A stretch of 64,000 bases of DNA, taken from Candidatus Hydrogenedentota bacterium (lineage in GTDB: Bacteria > Hydrogenedentota > Hydrogenedentia > Hydrogenedentales > SLHB01). A program made the position numbers and the translations under genes. The DNA lies in assembly GCA_963674865.2 (NCBI GenBank), contig CAXXYE010000009.1, forward strand, positions 1,963,697 through 2,027,696. The letters run 5' to 3'. The notes beneath the pieces are model-generated. The model did no database searches. It was not told the DNA's origin and worked only from the letters and a program-made list of their open reading frames with translations. Within the stretch, counting starts at the first letter, position 1. Every line of letters begins with the position of its first letter. Shown here in pieces: positions 50,434 to 59,091 of this stretch.

Positions 50434-51927
50434 TTACGAAGGAGTCGCGTTCCCTGAGCCTGCCGGCTTGGACCTGGCGTATCGGAAGAGGAAGTAGGCT
50501 GCGGCCGCCAGGGAAACGGGCAGGGAGAGGCGAACGGCCTGAATGTACAGCCGCATGCCCGGCAGATCGAGCCGGGGCGTCTCGAGCACGGCCGGGCCGG
50601 CATCGTAGAGGCGATAGTCCGTCCAGAAGAATGACTCCACCTCGGCGACACGCCAGATGGTTGTGTGGAGAAAGAGTGACCAGCCAAGGAGTACCACGAG
50701 GAAGAGCAGCAGGTTCTTGGTGGTTCTGCTCGTGCCCTTGCGCGCCAGGAAGGATTCCATCCGAATCGCGGCGAGAATAGCGAACATAGTGAGCGGAACA
50801 ATGAAGAACCGCGATGATATCCGCTGCGAGCCTATGAGGGGGATCGGCAGGTAGCTGATCAGGCCGTAGAGATATTCGAAGGACAGCAATGTCATGAGCA
50901 GGTTGGCCACGTCGAGTTCGCGAAACTCAAGGTAGCTTATCTTCGGCCGGCGTACCACCCGCAGCCAGCCGCAGAAGTACAACAGGATGGCGAATCCGAC
51001 GAGGCTGATGTAGTGATCGAACTCCCACCAGCCCAGCCCGCAGGCCACACCGTGCCAGCCTACCTGCTGATACGCGCTGTAATCGCGCAGGCTCGTCATG
51101 CTCTGTAGAAACACGCCGAGGGTTGGGAATCCGGAAATGAACCGAAACTTGGCTCCCCAGAAGGTCAGGGCCGCGGGCACAAAGCGGAAGGCGCATACGG
51201 CCGAGGCGGCGACAATCGTGTAGGCGATGGGCTTCAGGAGCCGAGGATTGGAGACGGCTATCAGAATGAGGTACATCACGCACCAGACATAGAGGTGAAA
51301 CGACCCCTGGAGTTCCATGAGCACCAGCACCAGGGCCAAGGCGAGTTGTGAGCGTTTGGGCCAAGGCCCCTTCACCATGTTCAGGACAAGCAGGAGGAAG
51401 TAGGGGAGGAAGAAGTAGCCGTACCACATGGCTTGGCCGACGGCGACACGCGAGACGATGTAGCCGTTGAAACTGAACAAGAGGCACAAAAACGCAAACG
51501 GGATATTCGAGAGGCGGAAGCGTCTCGCCAGCAATACCAGGCCCACAAAGCTCACGGAATAGAGGAGGGCCATGTTGAGCCAGTTGAAGGCGGTGTCGCT
51601 CAGAAAGGGAAGCAGGAGGAACTGCGGCGAAAGCGGCGTCTCGGGCAGGCCGAGGAAGCGATTGGAGTAATGTTCGCCGAAGGTCATGACGTACGGGATC
51701 TTGCCGTGGGCGAGGGCATCTCTCAGCACCGCGTGGTAGCGAAGGATGAGCGGCCAGTCCTTGGCGTCGAACCTGGCCGCCGCGAAGGCATATGCCCAGT
51801 GTGCCAAGCCCAGCAGATAGAGGAATCCCACAAGGGCGGGGGCGCGCTTGCCGGACAAGAACCTTCTGCGCAGGAATGGGCAGTTCCTGTCGAGGAATCC
51901 CTCTGCCGATGCCCACAGGCGTTGCAT
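50434..51927 (-). CDS. Polytopic membrane protein, possibly GT-C/YfhO-like
   Basis: About 12 TM segments; FL..PET..SPQ, LF.FNG motifs; GGAGG RBS before MQRLW. Confidence 0.6.
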   Translation of the reverse strand: MQRLWASAEGFLDRNCPFLRRRFLSGKRAPALVGFLYLLGLAHWAYAFAAARFDAKDWPLILRYHAVLRDALAHGKIPYVMTFGEHYSNRFLGLPETPLSPQFLLLPFLSDTAFNWLNMALLYSVSFVGLVLLARRFRLSNIPFAFLCLLFSFNGYIVSRVAVGQAMWYGYFFLPYFLLLVLNMVKGPWPKRSQLALALVLVLMELQGSFHLYVWCVMYLILIAVSNPRLLKPIAYTIVAASAVCAFRFVPAALTFWGAKFRFISGFPTLGVFLQSMTSLRDYSAYQQVGWHGVACGLGWWEFDHYISLVGFAILLYFCGWLRVVRRPKISYLEFRELDVANLLMTLLSFEYLYGLISYLPIPLIGSQRISSRFFIVPLTMFAILAAIRMESFLARKGTSRTTKNLLLFLVVLLGWSLFLHTTIWRVAEVESFFWTDYRLYDAGPAVLETPRLDLPGMRLYIQAVRLSLPVSLAAAAYFLFRYARSKPAGSGNATPS

Positions 51928-51943
51928 CCATTCGCCTCCCGGC

Positions 51944-52591
51944 CTAGAGCGCGAGCACGCGGAAATTGGACACATCCGCAATGACGCGGCTTCCGATGGC
52001 CCGAAATCCAACCTTGCCCGCCGTGGGGATATCATCGTGGAGTTCACGCGCATCCGTGAACGAGGGCCCCGGTTGGCCATTCACGAGTATGGCGCAGCGG
52101 GGGCCCGCCTTCTCGATGCGAATCACGTAAGAACGACCGATCTCCTTGCAGAGGTCGTCGCCCTGCGCCATGAGATGGAGGCCTGGATTTCGCCGCCAAT
52201 TGCTCACGCCGGTGTGGCGGCCCTGATCGTCGTAGCGGCTCACGGAGACATGGTACGATCTCAGGAGAGCGTCCTCACCGACGTAGTCCTTGAACTCGCC
52301 TGCCCTCGGGGGCAGGTCCGTCAGCATGTCTTCACCATGAAGCCCTCGGGCGGCCACGAAGGTGATGAGCAATCCATTGCTCTCCTGCACCACGAGGTCG
52401 TATTCGACGGCAATATCATCCGGGAAGTCCTTTCGGCAGAAAGCCATGCAGCCGACGCCTCCCTGCATGCTCCCCACGCAGGCAATTCGCATCGCGCCCT
52501 CGCCGTTCACCGAAAGCTCGCCCCCGCCTTCGTGGTGCCAGTCGTCCAGGCCGTCAAAGGCTTCCTCGAAGAGCACTTTTTCGCCGCTCAT
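51944..52591 (-). CDS. DUF1961/YesU-like concanavalin-fold protein
   Basis: LF.E.F..LDDW..EG, YHVS..R, RRNPG, GKVGFR. Confidence 0.65.
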   Translation of the reverse strand: MSGEKVLFEEAFDGLDDWHHEGGGELSVNGEGAMRIACVGSMQGGVGCMAFCRKDFPDDIAVEYDLVVQESNGLLITFVAARGLHGEDMLTDLPPRAGEFKDYVGEDALLRSYHVSVSRYDDQGRHTGVSNWRRNPGLHLMAQGDDLCKEIGRSYVIRIEKAGPRCAILVNGQPGPSFTDARELHDDIPTAGKVGFRAIGSRVIADVSNFRVLAL

Positions 52592-52610
52592 AGTCCGCTT
52601 ATCCTTCCCG

Positions 52611-53831
52611 TCAGAGCCATTTCGCCGCCGCTTCCTTTGCGAGTTGTGTCCAGACGTGCAATCGATCCGGGTGGCCCGCGAGCGTTTGCAGTTCGCGGAG
52701 AACGATTTGCACATGGCAGCCCTGGAGCCGGCGCAAGCCCTCTTCGAGATCGCGACGAATGGTTTCGGTATCGTCAGGAAATACGACGTCGCTGGCCTTC
52801 TGCCGCCACATGATAACGTGGTCGCTTCCGGCGCGCTCGATCACCTTGTCGAGGTCCGTCCAGGCGCTGCACACAAAGATGCGCAGGTTGGGAATCGACA
52901 GCACCCTCTCGATCTTCTGCGTCAGGCTTTCGCAGCATCCGTAGCCAACGAGGCCGAATTGCTCGAAGATCGGCTTCTGGTAGTTCAGGCAGAACTCCTC
53001 CCACATCTCCGGGGACACGCGGTCGAACTCTTGGCTGTTCGCCATGATCCACAAGTTGCCGTATCCAAGCTTGCCGTCGGCCGGATCCGGCCCGACGGGG
53101 TCGCTGCACGTCATGGGGCCGGTGTTATTGCGCGTAAGCAGGCCTGTCTCATCGGCGGCACGCATGGCGCCGAGGGTAGCGTCGCGCAGATGGGCCATCA
53201 GCCGATGCATCAATTCCGGCTCGGCGGCCATGTCCATCATCATTTGCGTAAGTCCGCGTAAGTCGGACGCGGCCGTGCCCAATGTCGCGCCGAGGGGGGG
53301 GGCGCAGGTTAGACGCACCGGGAAGATGTCGCCCAGCAACTCCTCGGCCTGCGAGAGTCTCTCTTGCGTCTTAGCCTCGTTGTACGTGAAGCGCGGCATG
53401 CGCAGGCGGTCGAAGTCAGCCTCCGTTTTCAGGGGGGGATCATACGCCCACGCGCCTCCCTGCCGGCCTGAATCCTGGTGAGCGATTTCAACGCCCCAGC
53501 GGCCGGGCGGGGCGCAATCGAAAACGGCGCCGACGCCGAAATACTCGTCGAGGGGTGAGTCATCGTCAATATCGTGTTTGACAAGAGTCCGCCTGAACTC
53601 ACGTTCGAGCGATCTCAGCCAAGGCTCCGTGCAATGCAGCGACTCTTCGGGCAGGATCTCGCCCCACGCACCCACGGGCCTGCACCAGGCCGGAGCGCGA
53701 TCCGGCTTGCGCATGGCGTTGACATCGCACCAGCGTTTCCGGATGCGCGCATTCTCGGGCGCCGCGGCAATCTCGGCCACTCGGCGGGCCAGGTCGCGAA
53801 CCAGTTCTCTATCACTCACCGCGGCGGTCAC
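52611..53831 (-). CDS. URO-D/MtaA-like TIM-barrel protein of unknown function (paralogue 2)
   Basis: LRGLTQMMMD..EPELMH.LM, W..ANSQEF..VSPEMWEEF, YGCCESL, IPNLR.F.CSAW. Confidence 0.7.
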   Translation of the reverse strand: MTAAVSDRELVRDLARRVAEIAAAPENARIRKRWCDVNAMRKPDRAPAWCRPVGAWGEILPEESLHCTEPWLRSLEREFRRTLVKHDIDDDSPLDEYFGVGAVFDCAPPGRWGVEIAHQDSGRQGGAWAYDPPLKTEADFDRLRMPRFTYNEAKTQERLSQAEELLGDIFPVRLTCAPPLGATLGTAASDLRGLTQMMMDMAAEPELMHRLMAHLRDATLGAMRAADETGLLTRNNTGPMTCSDPVGPDPADGKLGYGNLWIMANSQEFDRVSPEMWEEFCLNYQKPIFEQFGLVGYGCCESLTQKIERVLSIPNLRIFVCSAWTDLDKVIERAGSDHVIMWRQKASDVVFPDDTETIRRDLEEGLRRLQGCHVQIVLRELQTLAGHPDRLHVWTQLAKEAAAKWL

Positions 53832-54700
53832 GGCCTTCTCCCGCCGCCTCTCCGAGGCCCAGTCTGTCCAGGCGCCAGCAGCGGGAAGATTTGTCCGGGT
53901 TGGACGCCGAGTTGATCCGCGATCTCTCTCATGCTGTCCGTGGCTTTGGCAGGGATTCCCCGCTCCTGCAAAGCTCTCAACGCATTCTCAATCGGCACCC
54001 CGTTCTCATCGCACACCTCCTGCAAGGTCATGCGCCCCATGCCCATGCCCTGTTGGCCTCGGCCGCGGGGCGAAGCACCTGGGCCTGCCGAGGCCGTGAT
54101 GATCGTGAAGATGGCATCGGGGGTTGTGTGATGCTGTTCGGCCAGTTCTTGCACCGTGCTGCCCGGAAGTGCCTCTCTATAGCCGTGCTCGCGAAGCCGT
54201 TCCGTAAGGACGTCCAGCGGGATGCCCGTGCGCTCGGCCAGTGTCACGAGCGTCGACAACTCCGCATGAGGATACGGGGCCGACGGGCTGTTGGCCTCCC
54301 AGTAATTCTTGAACGATTCGCCCATATCGATGACATTGCTGAACGGGGGCACCATGGCGAGCGTTCCCCAAACGAAGACAGCCACCAGCGCTACGGCCAG
54401 GCCCAATTCCAGGGGATGCCAAAGGCGGAAGCGGAATGCGTCGCGAAGATACCTGAGGAGGGCGCGCCAATTCAGGTAGATGTGCAATATCGTGAGAAAG
54501 ATGAAGAGCAGGGCGGCCGTTGTGTGAACCGCGCCCCACGTTTCCTTGCCAAGGCCCCAGATCTGCCAGCCCGTCCAGTTCGCCACGCGCCCTCTGGGGG
54601 AGATGTAGAGGATCACGCCACTGACGGCCAGCAGCAGAAAGGTTAGTGTGATGGCCATTGACACCAGGCTTCGCCAACTGAAAGTGCGCTTCTCGCTCAT
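53828..54700 (-). CDS. DUF4405-domain membrane protein
   Basis: SGVILY.SP.GRVA.W.GW, W..VH, LHIYLNW; C-terminal repeated TL..A...G helices. Confidence 0.75.
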   Translation of the reverse strand: MSEKRTFSWRSLVSMAITLTFLLLAVSGVILYISPRGRVANWTGWQIWGLGKETWGAVHTTAALLFIFLTILHIYLNWRALLRYLRDAFRFRLWHPLELGLAVALVAVFVWGTLAMVPPFSNVIDMGESFKNYWEANSPSAPYPHAELSTLVTLAERTGIPLDVLTERLREHGYREALPGSTVQELAEQHHTTPDAIFTIITASAGPGASPRGRGQQGMGMGRMTLQEVCDENGVPIENALRALQERGIPAKATDSMREIADQLGVQPGQIFPLLAPGQTGPRRGGGRRP

Positions 54701-55193
54701 CGTCTTATCCCTCCTTCGTCGGCGGCCCGCAGGCCGCTACGCCTGGCCGCGTAGTCGCCCCAGCCAGGACGTGCCTCACCCCACTTGTCGGCGAAGCTGC
54801 GTACGCCGTGCGCTTGGCAACCCGGCCATCGGGACTCATTGTGCCATTTTCAGGGCCCCTTTGGAAGCCCTGGGGATATCCGTGCTTCCCGCCATGTCCT
54901 GACGGCCCCGGCGCCGGGCACCCCGGTGGCCGGGTTGCCAAGCGCGCCGCGCATCAAGTCATTTGAAGTGAAGACATCAGCGAAACCAGTTTCTTCACCC
55001 GTCTGGTGAGCACGTCTCAAGAGATGGGGCCGGTTTGGAGCACCGTGTGCGCGGCGCGGCCGAGTTATCCGGCGATGACGGGAGCAACGGTACCTTGAAC
55101 ACCCAGGGCGGCCTCTGGGAGAATGTTCGCACGCCTACTTGGGCGCACCAACGGATACCCGTGTGGCCGAATGACGCGAAGGAGTGAAGTCAT

Positions 55194-55877
55194 ATGTCGA
55201 AGGACCTGGCCCCCGAACTGGTTGAGAAACTGCTGTCCGTGGATAGCCCGACGGTTTCCAACGCCGTTGAACGATTCCTGGCGCGCCCTCGCCGCGAAGG
55301 CTTCATGGGGCCGCAGATCCAGTGCCGCTTTCCGGATATGGGCCCGGTGGTCGGCTACGCCACAACCTGCACCATCGTCGATTACGATGAGAAACATCCC
55401 CCCGATCCGAGCGAACGGTTCAAATGGATTGAGTCCATCGCCAACTCCCCGAAGCCCTGCGTTTGCGTGGTCAAGGACATGTGCCATCGAAAGGGGTGGT
55501 ATTCACACTGGGGCGAAATCGTGGGAACGCAGGTTCAGGTTCTCGGCGCCTCGGCCATTATCACGGATGGCGCCGTACGCGACCTGGAAGCTCTTGCGGC
55601 CATGGGGATGAAGGTCTGGAGCGAGTATGTCGTCGTCTCTCACGGCCATATCGACGTGGGCCAAGCGGACCTCCCCGTTGAAGTCGGCGGGCTTGTCGTC
55701 AATCCAGGCGACATTCTTCATGCCGACTGCAATGGCGTGGTCTCAATCCCCGCCGAGGTGCTGGACGACCTTCCGGGGAAGATAGACGAGGTGCTCGAAA
55801 ACGAACGGGCAACCTTGAAGCATCTCCGAGAGAAGGGCTACGATCTGGAGGCCCACCGCAGACAAGTGGAGCATTAG
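55194..55877 (+). CDS. RraA/HMG-aldolase family protein
   Basis: DSPTVSNA, VGYATT, WGEI, TDGAVRDL, V.PGDILHAD.NGVV.IP. Confidence 0.85.
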   Translation: MSKDLAPELVEKLLSVDSPTVSNAVERFLARPRREGFMGPQIQCRFPDMGPVVGYATTCTIVDYDEKHPPDPSERFKWIESIANSPKPCVCVVKDMCHRKGWYSHWGEIVGTQVQVLGASAIITDGAVRDLEALAAMGMKVWSEYVVVSHGHIDVGQADLPVEVGGLVVNPGDILHADCNGVVSIPAEVLDDLPGKIDEVLENERATLKHLREKGYDLEAHRRQVEH

Positions 55878-55926
55878 CTGACAGGCCGAAGGCTTCCGCG
55901 TAGGCAGTGCCTGTTGCGCGCGGGCC

Positions 55927-56367
55927 GTGAACCGAGGGGATGTGGCCGTGTCCGAAGACTGGATGTACGAGATCGACGAAGAAGGCAGGACCCCTATGAC
56001 GCGCGCGCTCGAGTGCGGCCACCCGCGCGTTGTCGAGCTGATCGTCTCGCTTTCTGAAGAGGGGGCGGACTCCGGTGGAGGTCCAGAGTTGCCGCTTCAC
56101 CTCGCGGCGCGAAACGGGCGAGTAGCTGAGGTGCGGGAGCATATCGAACAAGGCGCGGATATGGATGAGGCGGACGACCACGGGTTGACTCCGCTGCATT
56201 GGGCCGCGCTCAACGGGTGTCTCGATCTTGCCAAATTGCTCGTGAACAGAGGCGCGGGGATCAACGAACCCGACGTGCGATTCACGGGCCTCACCCCCAT
56301 GGAGATTGCGCGGCTAATGGGTTACCGCGAGCTGGTTCAGTTCCTGGCGACCCAGGGGGGCGCCTGA
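55927..56367 (+). CDS. Ankyrin-repeat protein
   Basis: G.TP...A..GH, PLHLAA.NG, GLTPLHWAALNG. Confidence 0.85.
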   Translation: MNRGDVAVSEDWMYEIDEEGRTPMTRALECGHPRVVELIVSLSEEGADSGGGPELPLHLAARNGRVAEVREHIEQGADMDEADDHGLTPLHWAALNGCLDLAKLLVNRGAGINEPDVRFTGLTPMEIARLMGYRELVQFLATQGGA

Positions 56368-56412
56368 ACGGGCTTTGAATGCCACGGCAGCGTGCCGCGA
56401 TGTAGTGGCCGG

Positions 56413-57279
56413 CTAGTCCAGCGCTTGGACGGCGTCGCGAATCCAGGCAAGGCATACCTTGCTCGCGGGCTCACGCCCTTCCCCGGTGAGATACTGCCCG
56501 TAGCGCTCCTGCATCTCTTGGGGAAAACGATCCGGGTTCACGTGTGTTTCGAGCGAGATGTACCCGTTGTATCCGTTGTCCTTGAATGCTTGGAGCTGGT
56601 TCTGCCACTGGCAAAGACCCTGGCCGAGGAACACGTTGGGGCGCTTGTCCGGCTGCACAATGGCATCCTTCACGTGCACGTGTACCATGTCGTCTTTGAT
56701 CTTCTTGTAGCCGTCAGGGAAAACGGGCAACTCGTCGCCGTCGGGATCCTGGACGTGATTGGCGGGGTCCCAGATGGCTTTGACGCGGTCGCATTGGAGC
56801 ATATCCAGGAAGGCGCGGGTGTGTCCCGAGGTGCCGACGTAGCATGCGGCCTCGTTTTCGAGCCCGAGTATGATGCCTTTCTCTTCGAGTATTCCCGGTA
56901 CCGGCTCGTACGCCTTCAGCATCTTCTCCCAAGGCTTCTCGCGCTGCCCGTGCCCCCAGAACGCGAAGCCGCGGACCAGCCCGCAGCCGAGCTCGAGGGC
57001 GATATCGGCACAACGCTTGAGAAGGTCCATGTGGTCCGCCACTTCCTTGGGATCGTCGAGTTCGCATTTCCCGAATCCCGAACCGAGACTCGCCAGGGCG
57101 ATCCCGTGGTCGTCAAGGATCGTCTTGGCTTGGCGCACCTCTTCCGGCGTGAAGGCCTCGGCCCTTGTTTCCCAGACCTTGCGCAATTCAGCGCCTTCGA
57201 CGCCGAACTCGTTGCAGACCTTGCAGGCGCGAGCCAAATCGACCGATATTTCATCCGTAAATGCCGCAATCTTGAACAT
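56413..57279 (-). CDS. Sugar phosphate isomerase/epimerase (AP endonuclease 2 TIM barrel)
   Basis: FTDEIS, LENE, WDPAN, HVHVKD, ISLETH. Confidence 0.88.
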   Translation of the reverse strand: MFKIAAFTDEISVDLARACKVCNEFGVEGAELRKVWETRAEAFTPEEVRQAKTILDDHGIALASLGSGFGKCELDDPKEVADHMDLLKRCADIALELGCGLVRGFAFWGHGQREKPWEKMLKAYEPVPGILEEKGIILGLENEAACYVGTSGHTRAFLDMLQCDRVKAIWDPANHVQDPDGDELPVFPDGYKKIKDDMVHVHVKDAIVQPDKRPNVFLGQGLCQWQNQLQAFKDNGYNGYISLETHVNPDRFPQEMQERYGQYLTGEGREPASKVCLAWIRDAVQALD

Positions 57280-57560
57280 CTTATCCTTTTCCCGGCTGTT
57301 TTCGCCTTTGTGACGTGATCCCAAACAAGCTGCGAGCCCTCACCGCAGAGATGAGGCCGACGCGGATTTGTTTGGTGCTGAATGGTATATTACCTGGACG
57401 GAAAGGGCAAGTTGTGAGCCCTGTCGTCGAGCTCTTCGCTGGGCCGCACGCTAAGGCATTAGATGAAAAGCATTTGCGGGTTGTAGCGGCCTTGACGACC
57501 GGGTAAAACCTTCGGGGAGATAAGGTTGGCGTGGAACGCGTCGAAGGCCTAAGTGGAGCG

Positions 57561-58319
57561 ATGGAGCGGAATCTCAAAGCCATTGTGCGCTACGACGGCA
57601 CCGGCTTCGCCGGTTGGCAGGTTCAGCCGGAGCAGCGCACCATTCAAGGCGAGATCGAGGCTGCCCTTAGCAAGATCGCCTCGAAGAACATCCGGATTCA
57701 CGGGGCCGGGCGGACGGACGCGGGCGTGCATGCGTTGGGCCAGGTCTTCTCGTGCCGTTTTCCCGATGCGGTGGCCCCCGAACGCCTTCGCAGGTCGCTT
57801 TCCAGGATGCTTGGCCCGGCCATTCGGCTCGAGCACATCGAAGAGACAGCCCCCGAATTTCACGCCCGGAAATCGGCTGTGGGCAAACACTATGCCTTTA
57901 CCCTCTCACTTGCCAAAGAGCCGGACCCTTTTTCAGACAGGTATTCCTGGCGTGTTCCACCTGACATTGACCTCGGTTTCTTGAAGGAAGTTGCCGGGCG
58001 AGTGCCGGGGCGTCGCGATTTCGCTGGATTTCAGGGAGGGGGAGCGACGACCGTGACGACCGTTCGGACCGTGGAGTCGGTTGAATTAACGCGAGGGGGC
58101 ATCATCGGCCCCCGGGATGCTGAGGACCTCTGGCGTCTCGATTTCGTCGGGAACGGTTTCTTGTACAAGATGGTTAGGAACATCACGAGCACGCTTGTGG
58201 ACATCGCCCGTGGGAGACTGCCCAGGGAACGGTTGGACGAGTTGTTCGTTTCGCGCGGCCCCTTTCTTGGGCATACGGCGCCGGCGAAAGGCCTGGCCCT
58301 TGTGCGTGTGATGTACTGA
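57561..58319 (+). CDS. truA: tRNA pseudouridine(38-40) synthase
   Basis: YDGT.F.GWQ.Q, GAGRTDAGVHA.GQ, FHAR, GNGFLYKMVR, TAPAKGL.L. Confidence 0.95.
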   Translation: MERNLKAIVRYDGTGFAGWQVQPEQRTIQGEIEAALSKIASKNIRIHGAGRTDAGVHALGQVFSCRFPDAVAPERLRRSLSRMLGPAIRLEHIEETAPEFHARKSAVGKHYAFTLSLAKEPDPFSDRYSWRVPPDIDLGFLKEVAGRVPGRRDFAGFQGGGATTVTTVRTVESVELTRGGIIGPRDAEDLWRLDFVGNGFLYKMVRNITSTLVDIARGRLPRERLDELFVSRGPFLGHTAPAKGLALVRVMY

Positions 58320-58334
58320 CGCCCGGCCGCGCAC

Positions 58335-58366
58335 AAAAAAAGAGCGCTATGAACAAGTCATAGCGC
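58335..58366 (-). terminator. Intrinsic terminator of candidate sRNA A
   Basis: 9-bp stem followed by U7 on the minus strand. Confidence 0.75.
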
Positions 58367-58508
58367 ACTCAAGGGGGTAAGACCACGGCGGGTCACGCCG
58401 GTCGTGTGGCGATGGGATTGGTCGCCCCGGATGCCCGTGACCAAGGTGGTCTTTTAACCGTGTGACCTCCGTGTCGGTGGTGCCTGGACCTCCGTGTCTC
58501 GGCGTTGC
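58335..58508 (-). ncRNA. Candidate sRNA A (sigma28-type promoter, CsrA-like sites, CCAAUCCCA hairpin, terminator)
   Basis: Bounded by a promoter at 58516-58542 and the terminator GCGCUAUGA..UCAUAGCGC-U7; paralogous to sRNA B. Ends are approximate. Confidence 0.6.
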
Positions 58509-58515
58509 ACTTGTA

Positions 58516-58542
58516 TTATCGGTCGGCCCCGGGAAAACTTTA
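58516..58542 (-). promoter_or_regulatory. Sigma28 (FliA)-type promoter
   Basis: TAAAGTTT-N11-ACCGATAA versus consensus TAAAGTTT-N11-GCCGATAA. Confidence 0.7.
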
Positions 58543-58622
58543 GCCGGAATGCCCGCCCACCTCTCGTCGCGGAAAACGGGGGCCGGTGACGCGCTACGTG
58601 GATCATTGCCCGCGCCCAGGCA

Positions 58623-58787
58623 GAGAGGAAAAGAGAAAGCGCCACAACGGGAGTCATGGCGCACTCAACAGGAGGTAGACAATGGGACTCGACGTTGGCC
58701 GCGTGGTGCTGGGATTGGGCACCCCAACGTCTCGCCGTACGGGCCGGCCGCTTCGACTCTGTCGAGGCTTCCGGATGCCTCCGTACA
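58623..58787 (-). ncRNA. Candidate sRNA B, paralogue of A
   Basis: Same hairpin loop CCAAUCCCA with compensatory stem changes; same UUGAGUGCGCYAUGAC terminator entry; promoter at 58795-58822. Ends are approximate. Confidence 0.55.
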
Positions 58788-58794
58788 CCACTAC

Positions 58795-58822
58795 TCATCG
58801 GCAGTACGCGCCGACAACTTAA
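58795..58822 (-). promoter_or_regulatory. Sigma28-like promoter
   Basis: TTAAGTTG-N12-GCCGATGA. Confidence 0.55.
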
Positions 58823-59091
58823 GTGTCGCCGGCAAAACGGTGAATACAAAGCTGGGGAACGCGCGAGTCTGATGGTTTGTCGATGGCTCGCCCGGCTGCA
58901 CGCCTTGATTGACCCTTGGGGGATGTGGGACAATGCGGGCTGCTCGTCACGGGCGGTATGGGGGTCGTGTGGCGTCCTTTCGCGAAAGGACGGCGCGATG
59001 ACTTGCGCCTGTGTTTCTTGCAAGAGAGCAAGGTTGAGGACGCACAAACGACATCGCCGCCTAGGTATCCGGACGGCGAGGGGCCGATTAG

